The translations under genes and the position numbers were made by a program. Shown here piece after piece: positions 18,061-26,178 of a stretch of 64,000 nt of DNA. Origin of the DNA: Candidatus Aminicenantes bacterium. GTDB taxonomy: Bacteria; Acidobacteriota; Aminicenantia; Aminicenantales; JAFGAV01. The notes beneath the pieces were generated by a model. It was not told where the DNA came from and searched no databases. It was given only the letters and a program-made list of their open reading frames with translations. The stretch spans positions 2,181,501-2,245,500 of the forward strand of contig OY969762.1 of the NCBI GenBank assembly GCA_963702835.1, read 5' to 3'. Numbering within the stretch: the stretch's first letter is position 1; every line of letters starts with the position of its first letter.

Positions 18061-19258
18061 CAGACCTCAGAGTATATTCGAAAAGAGGCCTGGCATATTT
18101 TTTAAAATTATTTTGGCTCAAGGTCAGGCCCAGGCCGCAGCCGCTCGTTGGCCACCATCCGGCCGGATGTCGGAAGGCGCGAGCTCTCCGGACGATATCA
18201 CGCTTTAAAAGAAGCGGGCTGAAAGACGGCTCGACAGAGGCCAGGTCCGGCGCGCATTCGGCGAAAAGCCGCTCCGCAGCGGCCAGAATGCCCGTCTCCC
18301 CGACCATCACTCCCAGATGACAAGGGAGGCCGTGTCGACGGGCCAGGGAGGCGATCCGCAGCGAGGGGATGAGTCCTCCGCACTTGGAAAGGCGGACCTG
18401 GAAGGCATGGCAGGCCCGCCGGCCAGCCAGGACTTCGGCCTCCTCCTCGGTCCGCAGAGATTCGTCGGCAATGACCCGAACCGTCCCTGCCTCGGCCGTA
18501 AGGCGGGCCATTCCGTCGAGATCGTCCTTGGCCACCGGCTGCTCTACGGATTCCACTCCCAGTCGTCCGAGCCGCCGGACCATGGACAAAGCTTCCTCAG
18601 CCGTCCAGGCTTCGTTGGCGTCGACCCTGATAACAACCTTTCCGCGAATATTTTTCGAGGCCAGGGTTTCCAGAAAAGCCAGACGCTCCCCGTCCCCGGC
18701 TCCTCCCATCTTAAGCTTGAACTGCCGGAAGCCCAACAGCCTGTAAAGCAGGAAAAACCGGGCGCGCAGCCGGCGCGGCCCCAGGAAAGGAAGCACGGCG
18801 GTTCGCGGAATCAGGCGGAAACATTCCGATAGGGGTTGACTCACCCGCCAGGAGAAGTTGGAGAGTGCGCCTGCCATCCGGCCGGCCTCTCGGCTGAAAA
18901 CTTTTCCGTAGGCATCGAGAAGGGCCAGCTCCACGGCACAGCGGGCAGCATTAAAAACCGTCCGGCCCTCTGTGATGATTGGCAAGCCGGCCGCGGCCGA
19001 AACAGCCTCTTCCATGCGGCCCGGGTCAAGCTCAGCCAGCCGGGGCCCATAGACCTGTTGAATCTTTCGGGCGGCGCTCTCCATGGTCTCGCCCGTCACA
19101 TAGTCGCGGGGGATCCCTTCCCCGACCCCCTCCGCGCCGTTCTCCAAGCGCATCCGGAGGACAAGATTGTCCGTCCTGGAACGCTCGGCGGAGTGATGCC
19201 GGAAAGCAAAGCGGAAAGGCAGGGAGACTCGGAAGAGGCTTAAGGACTCGATCCTCAT
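18047..19258 (-). CDS. Enolase-superfamily enzyme, MLE subgroup (dipeptide epimerase / N-acylamino-acid racemase-like)
   Basis: 403 aa with KLKMGG (KxK), IRVDANEAW, VEQPV, IADES and RLSKCGG. These match the metal-ligand and catalytic-Lys pattern of the muconate-lactonizing subgroup. Confidence 0.8.
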   Translation of the reverse strand: MRIESLSLFRVSLPFRFAFRHHSAERSRTDNLVLRMRLENGAEGVGEGIPRDYVTGETMESAARKIQQVYGPRLAELDPGRMEEAVSAAAGLPIITEGRTVFNAARCAVELALLDAYGKVFSREAGRMAGALSNFSWRVSQPLSECFRLIPRTAVLPFLGPRRLRARFFLLYRLLGFRQFKLKMGGAGDGERLAFLETLASKNIRGKVVIRVDANEAWTAEEALSMVRRLGRLGVESVEQPVAKDDLDGMARLTAEAGTVRVIADESLRTEEEAEVLAGRRACHAFQVRLSKCGGLIPSLRIASLARRHGLPCHLGVMVGETGILAAAERLFAECAPDLASVEPSFSPLLLKRDIVRRARAFRHPAGWWPTSGCGLGLTLSQNNFKKYARPLFEYTLRSDGAR

Positions 19259-19259
19259 G

Positions 19260-20300
19260 TCATCGGAAAACGAACAGGCCGTGCTCCAGCGTCGGGAAGA
19301 CCTGTTTTTCTTCGAGCCGGAAACCGGCCCGGGCGAAAAGCGTCGGCCAATCCTCCGGGCCGGGCAGCGCCTGTCCGGTCAGCCTGTGGCACAGGTTGAA
19401 TTCCCATTTAGCCGCGGGGCTGCGGACCGCCCGGCTGTCCGGCCCGAGACAGACTTCGGCCAGGATGAAGATGCTCCCGGGAAATTTTGTCCTCAGCCTG
19501 GACAGGGCCTTGACCACGCGGAGCTCTCCATCCTTAAGATGAAAGTGCAGCAGGTCCACGGCGGTTATGGCCTCCACAGCCCCGCCGCGCAGCCTAATGG
19601 TCTCCGGCCTCAGGGCATCGCCCTGCAGGACCTTGATCCGTCCTTCATAGGCCGAGCCCCGCAGAGAGGCCCGCGAGGAGGCGACCACCATCCGATCGTT
19701 GTCCACTCCCCAGCCGGTGATGCCGTTGCGGTCGCAGAGATACTTGAGCAGGGCCAAGTTGCTCGAGCCGAGGTCGAGGACCGAGCGGAGGCCTCGTTTC
19801 CGGAGGGCCCGGCTGATCAAAGGGAAAGCCAGCTCGAAGCCGAGGGCCGTGCTTCCCTTTCTGATCTTTTCTTCGTCCCGCTTAAACGGCGGACGCCGCG
19901 ATGGACTCCGGATGAGCTGAGGCAGATGTTCCATGACCGGCCGGTATCCGGAGAATAGGTCCAGGAAACCGCGGGGCTCCCGGAGAAGATTCTTTCCGCG
20001 GCGGGTCAGGCGGACCGCGTCCCCCTTGAGGTCAAGGTAGTTGAGGCCGGCCAGGTAGCGGCACACGGCGCGCAGGCCGGCCGGCCCGGGCTTCTTGCCG
20101 GCCGCTATTTCGGCCAGATCGACCGGCCCCTGCTCGAGCCTCCCGGCCAGCCCCGAGTCGAGGAGCGCATCCCAACATAGAAAGATATGGTAGCCTCTGA
20201 GGATATCCCTGGCCCGGCGCTGCCGCCGCCGGCTTCTCAGAAGCTTTCGCGGAGAAACGACCCCGGCTAGCTTCAAGCCGTCCCTGACTTGCCGGATCAT
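19260..20300 (-). CDS. SAM-dependent methyltransferase with N-terminal winged-helix/dimerisation-like domain (O-MT-like)
   Basis: 346 aa. VLDLGSSN (degenerate motif I) and the downstream GWGVDND acidic loop. ATGA overlap with the GH3 stop, and its own stop lies 1 nt from the next ATG. Confidence 0.6.
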   Translation of the reverse strand: MIRQVRDGLKLAGVVSPRKLLRSRRRQRRARDILRGYHIFLCWDALLDSGLAGRLEQGPVDLAEIAAGKKPGPAGLRAVCRYLAGLNYLDLKGDAVRLTRRGKNLLREPRGFLDLFSGYRPVMEHLPQLIRSPSRRPPFKRDEEKIRKGSTALGFELAFPLISRALRKRGLRSVLDLGSSNLALLKYLCDRNGITGWGVDNDRMVVASSRASLRGSAYEGRIKVLQGDALRPETIRLRGGAVEAITAVDLLHFHLKDGELRVVKALSRLRTKFPGSIFILAEVCLGPDSRAVRSPAAKWEFNLCHRLTGQALPGPEDWPTLFARAGFRLEEKQVFPTLEHGLFVFR

Positions 20301-22018
20301 GGGCGTCCCCGAATTTGGGCCAACAGGCGATCGCGCTCCTCGCCCTCGGCCAGCAGGTGGATGGGCTTGAACTGGGTGTCGAACACGCCGCGTGGGCGGC
20401 GCCTGTCTCGGAGTGCTTCCAAACTGCCTGATTCAAGAAGGAATACCCTGGCCGGAGCGAGCCGTCCGGATAGACGCTTTGACTTGTATTCGATATTTCC
20501 TTCTTTCAGCCGGTCATCCAGGAATTCGGCCAGGCCGGGGGTGGCCCTCAGCTTTTTTCCTCCCCCCGGCCCGCTTTCCAGGAGGAACATATAGGCCGGC
20601 GGAATGTCCGTGGAATGAGTCAGACAGAAGTCCAATTGATCCAGGCCGGCCTCCTGTTGCAGGCGGGAAACGGCGCTCACGGCCTGGTATTCAGTGACCT
20701 TCTCGCCGGTCAAAGACAGCGTCCCTCCCGTCTTATACAGAAAGCGGACCAGCGGCGTGTTTTTGTAGCGGCTGACGACTTCGACGATATCGTCCATGTC
20801 GTACCGGTAGAGGCCTCCCTCCTGGGTGACAATCACCCTGTAGCGCCGGCCTTCCTCCAGCTCGTGGACAAGCAAAGTATCCCGGCCGGCAGAGCCTTCC
20901 TCGATAAATTCAAAAAAGTTGCCGGTCACATGAAGAACGCCGGCGGCCGTCTCATTCTCCAGGGGAATGGCGAAAAAGCCTTCCGAAGCCCGAAACCCGA
21001 CGTCGCGCAGGGGGACCTCCCGGCTGTACATCCGCAGCCGGCCGAGGTAGAGCGACAGGGTCCCGCCCAGCCAGCAGTTGACCAGCTCCAGCCCCGGCCA
21101 CAGCCGGCGGAGAGGAAAAGGGTCCTCGGCCAACCCTGCCTCCACTTCCTCCGCCCGCCGGGGCTGGGGCTTTCTCTTGGCCAGGATCGGAAACAAGCAA
21201 GATCGTTCCTCGGGGGCCAGCGAATCCAGGGCTGCCCGGCCGACTTCGCCCCGTCCGATATCCTCGGCCAGGGCCCGGCGGTTCTCGTGCATGAACCGGC
21301 AGAACTGGACCACGGAGGAAGGGTTGGCGGTGTTGATATTTCCAACTCGGCTGGTCAAGGCCAGATAGGAAATCAAATAAAGCCGGGCGGCCGGGTCTTT
21401 GACCTGGAACACGGCCGACGGGACAGCCATGACCGCCCTGTTCAGAAGGGCGATTCTGAAGACAGGGCGCGACCGGCCGGAGATGATCCGGCCGGAGATG
21501 GAACCGCAGGGAAGGCCGGCTTCCGTGGGCTCTTCTAAATAAGAAGAAACGAGAGCCAGGTATTTCCAGCGGCCGTAAGTGTCCTTGTCCCGGACCAGCC
21601 GGGCGTTCCAATAAACCTGGGCCTGGGTCCAGTCCCGCTCCAGGGAGGCCGTCAGAGGAATAAGCTTGCGGGGGCCGGTCGTTCCGCTGGTCACGGCAAA
21701 GAAAAAGGGGTCTTCGGCCGTCAGGATCCCTTTCTCTCCCCGGGCCGAGCGGTCAATCAGAGGCCGGAGATCGTCGTAGGTCGAGAGGGGGACGCAGCGC
21801 CGGAATTCTTGGATGGCGGAGCATTTGGCAAAACCGTGAAAACGACCGAAGACGGTCCCGGCATTCCGGGACAGGATCGACTTGAGCTTTTCCTCCTGGG
21901 CCCGGTGCGGGTCGGCGAAGGCGGACTCCATGATCCGCAGTTCAGGCCGGCGGAAGAAACTGTAAAGAAAGGACCGCGGGCCCATATGGCTGAAGAACGC
22001 ATCTCGAAGCGGGATCAT
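20297..22018 (-). CDS. GH3-family acyl-acid amido synthetase (adenylating ligase)
   Basis: 573 aa. FAVTSGTTGPRKLIP matches the GH3 P-loop-like SSGTT-x-G-x-x-K motif, with family-like length and C-terminal region. The start is uncertain (ATG 22018 or MESAFADPH at 21931). Confidence 0.8.
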   Translation of the reverse strand: MIPLRDAFFSHMGPRSFLYSFFRRPELRIMESAFADPHRAQEEKLKSILSRNAGTVFGRFHGFAKCSAIQEFRRCVPLSTYDDLRPLIDRSARGEKGILTAEDPFFFAVTSGTTGPRKLIPLTASLERDWTQAQVYWNARLVRDKDTYGRWKYLALVSSYLEEPTEAGLPCGSISGRIISGRSRPVFRIALLNRAVMAVPSAVFQVKDPAARLYLISYLALTSRVGNINTANPSSVVQFCRFMHENRRALAEDIGRGEVGRAALDSLAPEERSCLFPILAKRKPQPRRAEEVEAGLAEDPFPLRRLWPGLELVNCWLGGTLSLYLGRLRMYSREVPLRDVGFRASEGFFAIPLENETAAGVLHVTGNFFEFIEEGSAGRDTLLVHELEEGRRYRVIVTQEGGLYRYDMDDIVEVVSRYKNTPLVRFLYKTGGTLSLTGEKVTEYQAVSAVSRLQQEAGLDQLDFCLTHSTDIPPAYMFLLESGPGGGKKLRATPGLAEFLDDRLKEGNIEYKSKRLSGRLAPARVFLLESGSLEALRDRRRPRGVFDTQFKPIHLLAEGEERDRLLAQIRGRP

Positions 22019-22036
22019 CGTCCCGCCCCAGACTTC

Positions 22037-22094
22037 AAAATAGAGCCTGCCTCTTCAAAAAGAGGACTCCTCTTTCGAGAACATGGGCAGGCTC
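22037..22094 (-). terminator. Nested hairpin + T-tract downstream of the OMP genes
   Basis: On the minus strand, GAGCCTGCC (22094..22086) pairs with GGCAGGCTC (22051..22043). This encloses the inner hairpin AGAGGA-g-TCCTCT and is followed by TATTTT (22042..22037). Confidence 0.45.
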
Positions 22095-22145
22095 ACAGGG
22101 AACCCGCCTCTCAAATCCTCAGAATTTTCAGCCGGTCAGGATCTG

Positions 22146-22778
22146 TCAGAATTTATATCCGATCAGAATGCTGATGTTGGTGCTCTTGGCCGTCTCGCCG
22201 GGCGATGGATGTTTAATGAGGTTCGATAGGCCCAGGGCATAGCGCCCCTCGACCAGGAAGTTCATCGAGGCGATGGCGATCTCCACCCCCCCGCCGAAAA
22301 TAAGGCCATACTGGAAGCGGTTGACATCGTCGGTCATATCATTCTCTGAATGAGATATTCCGGGGCTTACATCCATAATACCTTTCTGGCTGGTGGTGTA
22401 GGCTAGGAAGCCGCCGGTAATGATATAGGGCGTCGTTCCGGGCAGGAAGGACACTTTAAAAAGGACCGGCATGGAGACGGCGTAGCCTTTATATGTCACC
22501 GTGAGGGTGTCCCCCATGTAAGTCCCTTTAAACTCCGCTCCGCCCGGCGCATACATTATGTCCAGCTCCAAAGCAAAGTTGGTGGTGAAGCTGAGCTCAA
22601 AGCCCACTCCCCCGGTGAACTGGAGCAAAGAATTCTTATTGATCCAGCTGGGCAGGCTGCTCTCTTCCGAATAGTTCAAGCTGGTGAAAGCCGGACCGAA
22701 TTGGAGCTTGAGCCCGCTGCCGAAGGCGGGCCAACTGATCAGGAGAACTAAACAAACGGCCGCGAGAATTTTTTTCAT
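22146..22778 (-). CDS. Outer-membrane beta-barrel protein, type A copy 1
   Basis: 210 aa with the signal peptide MKKILAAVCLVLLISWPAFG, alternating beta-strand pattern and a C-terminal GYKF (terminal Phe typical of OMPs). Confidence 0.8.
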   Translation of the reverse strand: MKKILAAVCLVLLISWPAFGSGLKLQFGPAFTSLNYSEESSLPSWINKNSLLQFTGGVGFELSFTTNFALELDIMYAPGGAEFKGTYMGDTLTVTYKGYAVSMPVLFKVSFLPGTTPYIITGGFLAYTTSQKGIMDVSPGISHSENDMTDDVNRFQYGLIFGGGVEIAIASMNFLVEGRYALGLSNLIKHPSPGETAKSTNISILIGYKF

Positions 22779-22834
22779 GGAGCCTCCTTTTGGCCAATAC
22801 TAACGGAAGAAATCGGCTAAGTCAACAGATAGAA

Positions 22835-23362
22835 TCAGAATCTGTATCCGGCTAAAACCGTCCAGGTGGAGGTGCGGACGGATTCACCGGGAAGGGGGTC
22901 CTTGATCATATTGGACAGACCCAACTGATAGCGGACTTCGAGCAAAACGGCCATGGAACTAAGGGCCAGCTGGTAGCCTCCGCTGAAGACCAGCCCGTAT
23001 TGCAGCCGACTGACCTCATCCTTAAGGTCCATATCGCCGCTGGCCCAATCGTATTTATATTTAATTTTCGAGTTCAGCACGTACCCGACTCCTGCTTCGG
23101 CGCCCAGGAAAGGCGTTGAGCCGGGCCCCAGGCGGAGCTTGAACAGGACGGGGAGGGCCAGGGCCGAGCCTTCATAGGTCAAAGTCCCGACTTCTCTTTC
23201 GAACCGGCAGCCGCCCGGGGCGTAGGACAGGTCTACCTCCAGAGCTAGAAACCCGGCCAGGCCGAGCTCGAACCCCAACCCGCCAGCCGGCAGAATCGAG
23301 GCCTTCTGCTTGCCCAGGTCTTCGGAAAAATTCAGGTTGGCCAGGGCCGCCCCGGCCTGCAG
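22835..23362 (-). pseudogene. Outer-membrane beta-barrel protein, type B copy 1, 5'-truncated at the duplication junction (no signal peptide)
   Basis: Homologous to 24063..24665, but the frame is cut at junction 23362/23363 by TAA with no ATG (the track uses TTG 23278). About 25 N-terminal codons, including the signal peptide, are missing. The rest of the frame is intact and ends GYRF. Confidence 0.55.
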
Positions 23363-23373
23363 GTCAGGATCTA

Positions 23374-24006
23374 TCAGAATTTATATCCGACCAGAATGCT
23401 GATGTTGGTGCTCTTGGCCGTTTCGCCGGGCGACGGATGTTTGATCAGGTTCGATAAGGCCAGGCCATAACGCCCCTCGACCAGGAAGTTCATCGAAGCG
23501 ATGGCGATCTCCACCCCGCCGCCAAAAACAAGGCCGTACTGAAAACGGTTGATTTCGTCGGTCATATCATCCTCTGAATGAAGTATTCCGGGGCTTACAT
23601 CCAAGATGGCTTTCTGGCTCGTGGTGTAGGCCAGGAAGCCGCCGGTGATGATATAGGGCGTCGTTCCGGGCAGGAAGGAGACTTTAAAAAGGACCGGCAT
23701 GGAGACGGCATAGCCTTTAAGCGTATAGGTAACGGTGTCTCCCATGAAAGTCCCTTTCCACTCCGCCCCGCCCGGCGCATACATCAGGTCCAACTCCAAG
23801 GCGAAGTTGGTGGTGAAGCTGAGCTCAAACCCCACTCCCCCGGTGAACTGGAGCAAAGAATTCTTATTGATCCAGCTGGGCAGGCTGCTTTCTTCCGAGT
23901 AGTTGATGCTGGTGAAAGCCGGGCCGAATTGAAGCTTGAACCCGCTGCCGAAAGCAGGCCAGCTGATCAGGAGAACCAAACAAACGGCCGCTAAAACTTT
24001 TTTCAT
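23374..24006 (-). CDS. Outer-membrane beta-barrel protein, type A copy 2
   Basis: 210 aa, about 90% identical to 22146..22778, with the same signal peptide and terminal GYKF. Confidence 0.8.
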   Translation of the reverse strand: MKKVLAAVCLVLLISWPAFGSGFKLQFGPAFTSINYSEESSLPSWINKNSLLQFTGGVGFELSFTTNFALELDLMYAPGGAEWKGTFMGDTVTYTLKGYAVSMPVLFKVSFLPGTTPYIITGGFLAYTTSQKAILDVSPGILHSEDDMTDEINRFQYGLVFGGGVEIAIASMNFLVEGRYGLALSNLIKHPSPGETAKSTNISILVGYKF

Positions 24007-24062
24007 GGAGCCTCCTTTTGGCCAATACTAGCGGAAGAAATCGTCTAAGTCAACAGAAAGAA

Positions 24063-24665
24063 TCAGAATTTGTATCCGGCTAAAACCGTCCAGGTGGAAG
24101 TGCGGACGGATTCGCCGGGGAGGGGGTTCTTGATCATGTTGGACAGGCCCAACTGATAGCGGACTTCGAGCGAAACGGCCATGGAACCAAGGGCCAGCTG
24201 GTACCCTCCGCTGAAAACCAACCCGTATTGAAGCCGGCTGACCTCATCCTTAAGGTCCATTTCGCCGCTGCCCCAATCATATTTATATTTGATTTTCGAG
24301 TTCAGCACGTACCCGACCCCTGCTCCGGCGCCCAGGAAAGGCGTTGAGCCGGGCCCCAGGCGAAGCTTGAATAGGACGGAGAGGGCCAGGGCCGAGCCTT
24401 CATAGGTCAGAGTCCCGACTTCTCTTTCAAACCGGCAGCCGCCCGGAGCGTAGGATAGGTCTACCTCCAGGGCTAGAAACTTGGCCAGGCCGATCTCAAA
24501 CCCCAACCCGCCAGCCGGCAGAATTGAGGTTTTCTGTTTGCCCAGGTCTTCGGAAAAATTCAGGTTGGCCAAGGCCGCCCCGGCCTGCACTTTGAACGCA
24601 CCCCAAGCCGCTGAGGTCAGTCCCAAGCAGACAGCCATCAGCAAAGCCATGCGTCGGTTTCGCAT
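24063..24665 (-). CDS. Outer-membrane beta-barrel protein, type B copy 2 (full length)
   Basis: MRNRRMALLMAVCLGLTSAAWG signal peptide, with GGGGAGGAGAG upstream of ATG 24665 (the track ORF starts further upstream at 24719). Ends AGYKF. Confidence 0.8.
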   Translation of the reverse strand: MRNRRMALLMAVCLGLTSAAWGAFKVQAGAALANLNFSEDLGKQKTSILPAGGLGFEIGLAKFLALEVDLSYAPGGCRFEREVGTLTYEGSALALSVLFKLRLGPGSTPFLGAGAGVGYVLNSKIKYKYDWGSGEMDLKDEVSRLQYGLVFSGGYQLALGSMAVSLEVRYQLGLSNMIKNPLPGESVRTSTWTVLAGYKF

Positions 24666-24850
24666 TTCTCTCCTCCCCACAGCTTCTTTATTTCTATGCT
24701 TTTTGCGGCTCGGCATCAACTTGCCTTAAAAACAAGGCATCCCCTTCAACTGGCGCAATGAGCCGGAGAGATAGAGTTGACAGAGGCCCCTATCAATATA
24801 AAAATAACACTCTATGAACCTCCTGCCCGGAACAGGAGAAAGGAGCCGAA

Positions 24851-26149
24851 ATGAAGAAGGTCATTATCATCTTGGCCGTCTTATTCGTTCTTATCAATGT
24901 CTCGATTCTTTCCGCCCTTGAAGAGTCAAAGAAAGACCTCCCCAAACTCACCGCCATCCGAGCCGCGCACCTCGTCGACGTCAAAAACGGCACGGTCCTG
25001 GAAAAACCCGTCATCCTCATCGAGGGCGAACGCATCAAGGCGGCCGGCCCGGGCCTGGCCATCCCCAAGGAAGCCTCCGTCATCGACCTGGGGACGGCCA
25101 CCCTTCTTCCAGGGCTTATCGATTGCCATACCCACCTCACCTTCGAGCCCGGCCCCTACTATGAAGACCTTTTCCGCAAGAGCCCCATCGACGCCGCCGT
25201 CCTCTGCCACATCCAGGCCAGACGCACGCTGGAAGCCGGGTTCACCACCGTCCGCGATGTCGGCGCTGAAGAGTTCATCGACGTAGCGCTGCGCAACGCC
25301 GTCAACACCGGCCGGGTGGCCGGCCCGCGCATCCAGGCGGCCACCCTGGCCGTAGGGGCCACCGGCGGCCATAACGACCTCACCGGGTTCTCCCCTTATC
25401 TCGACTTCAAGGGCTTCTCCGGCATCGCCGACGGCGTTGAGGAAATTCGTAAGCTGGTCCGCTTCGAAGTGAAGAACGGGGCCGACCTGATCAAGATGAT
25501 GGCCACCGCCGGCGTCCTGTCCGAGGAAGAGTCGGTCGGCGCTCCCCAGTATTCCCTGGAAGAGATGAAGGCCTGCGTCGAGGAGGCAGCCAGGTGGGGG
25601 AAGAAGGTGGCCGCCCACGCCCACGGCGCCGAGGGCATCAAGATGGCCGTCCGGGCAGGGGTGGCCTCCATCGAGCATGGGAGCCTGCTGGATGAGGAAG
25701 GAATCCGCCTTATGAAGGAGCGGGGGACTTATCTGGTGGCCGACATCTACAACCACGAGTACATCCTGGAGGCCTACGCCCGAATGGGCTATCCAGACAG
25801 GCTCATCGAAAAAGAAAAACAAATAGGAGAGCTTCAACGGGAAAACTTCCGCCGGGCTGTCCTGGCCGGTGTCAAGACGGCTTTCGGCACGGACGCCGGC
25901 GTTTATCCTCACGGCCAGAACGCCAGGCAATTCGCCTTTATGGTTAAATTCGGGATGACGCCGCTCCAGGCCATCCGGGCGGCCACGGTTGAGGCCGCCG
26001 AGCTGCTGGGCTGGTCGGACAGGGTGGGGGCCGTGGCGGCCGGGAATTATGCCGATATCATTGCCGTGGCCGGCGACCCGCTGCGCGACATCTCCGAGCT
26101 GGAGCGGGTGACCTTCGTTATGAAAGGCGGCGTCGTTTACAAGCGGTAA
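24851..26149 (+). CDS. Exported amidohydrolase-family metallo-hydrolase
   Basis: 432 aa with a signal peptide, GLIDCHTHL and AAHAHG metal-binding motifs of the amidohydrolase superfamily. AGGAG lies upstream of the ATG. Confidence 0.85.
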   Translation: MKKVIIILAVLFVLINVSILSALEESKKDLPKLTAIRAAHLVDVKNGTVLEKPVILIEGERIKAAGPGLAIPKEASVIDLGTATLLPGLIDCHTHLTFEPGPYYEDLFRKSPIDAAVLCHIQARRTLEAGFTTVRDVGAEEFIDVALRNAVNTGRVAGPRIQAATLAVGATGGHNDLTGFSPYLDFKGFSGIADGVEEIRKLVRFEVKNGADLIKMMATAGVLSEEESVGAPQYSLEEMKACVEEAARWGKKVAAHAHGAEGIKMAVRAGVASIEHGSLLDEEGIRLMKERGTYLVADIYNHEYILEAYARMGYPDRLIEKEKQIGELQRENFRRAVLAGVKTAFGTDAGVYPHGQNARQFAFMVKFGMTPLQAIRAATVEAAELLGWSDRVGAVAAGNYADIIAVAGDPLRDISELERVTFVMKGGVVYKR

Positions 26150-26178
26150 AGGAAATTATCATCAAATGGAGGTTTAAA

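Larger units (their letters stand above)
22135..24590. repeat. Tandem duplication, 2 x 1228 bp, each unit carrying two OMP genes
   Basis: GTCAGGATCT(G/A)TCAGAATTTATATCC starts at 22135 and at 23363. CGGCCTGCA ends at 23361 and at 24589. The encoded protein pairs are about 90% identical by eye. Confidence 0.9.
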
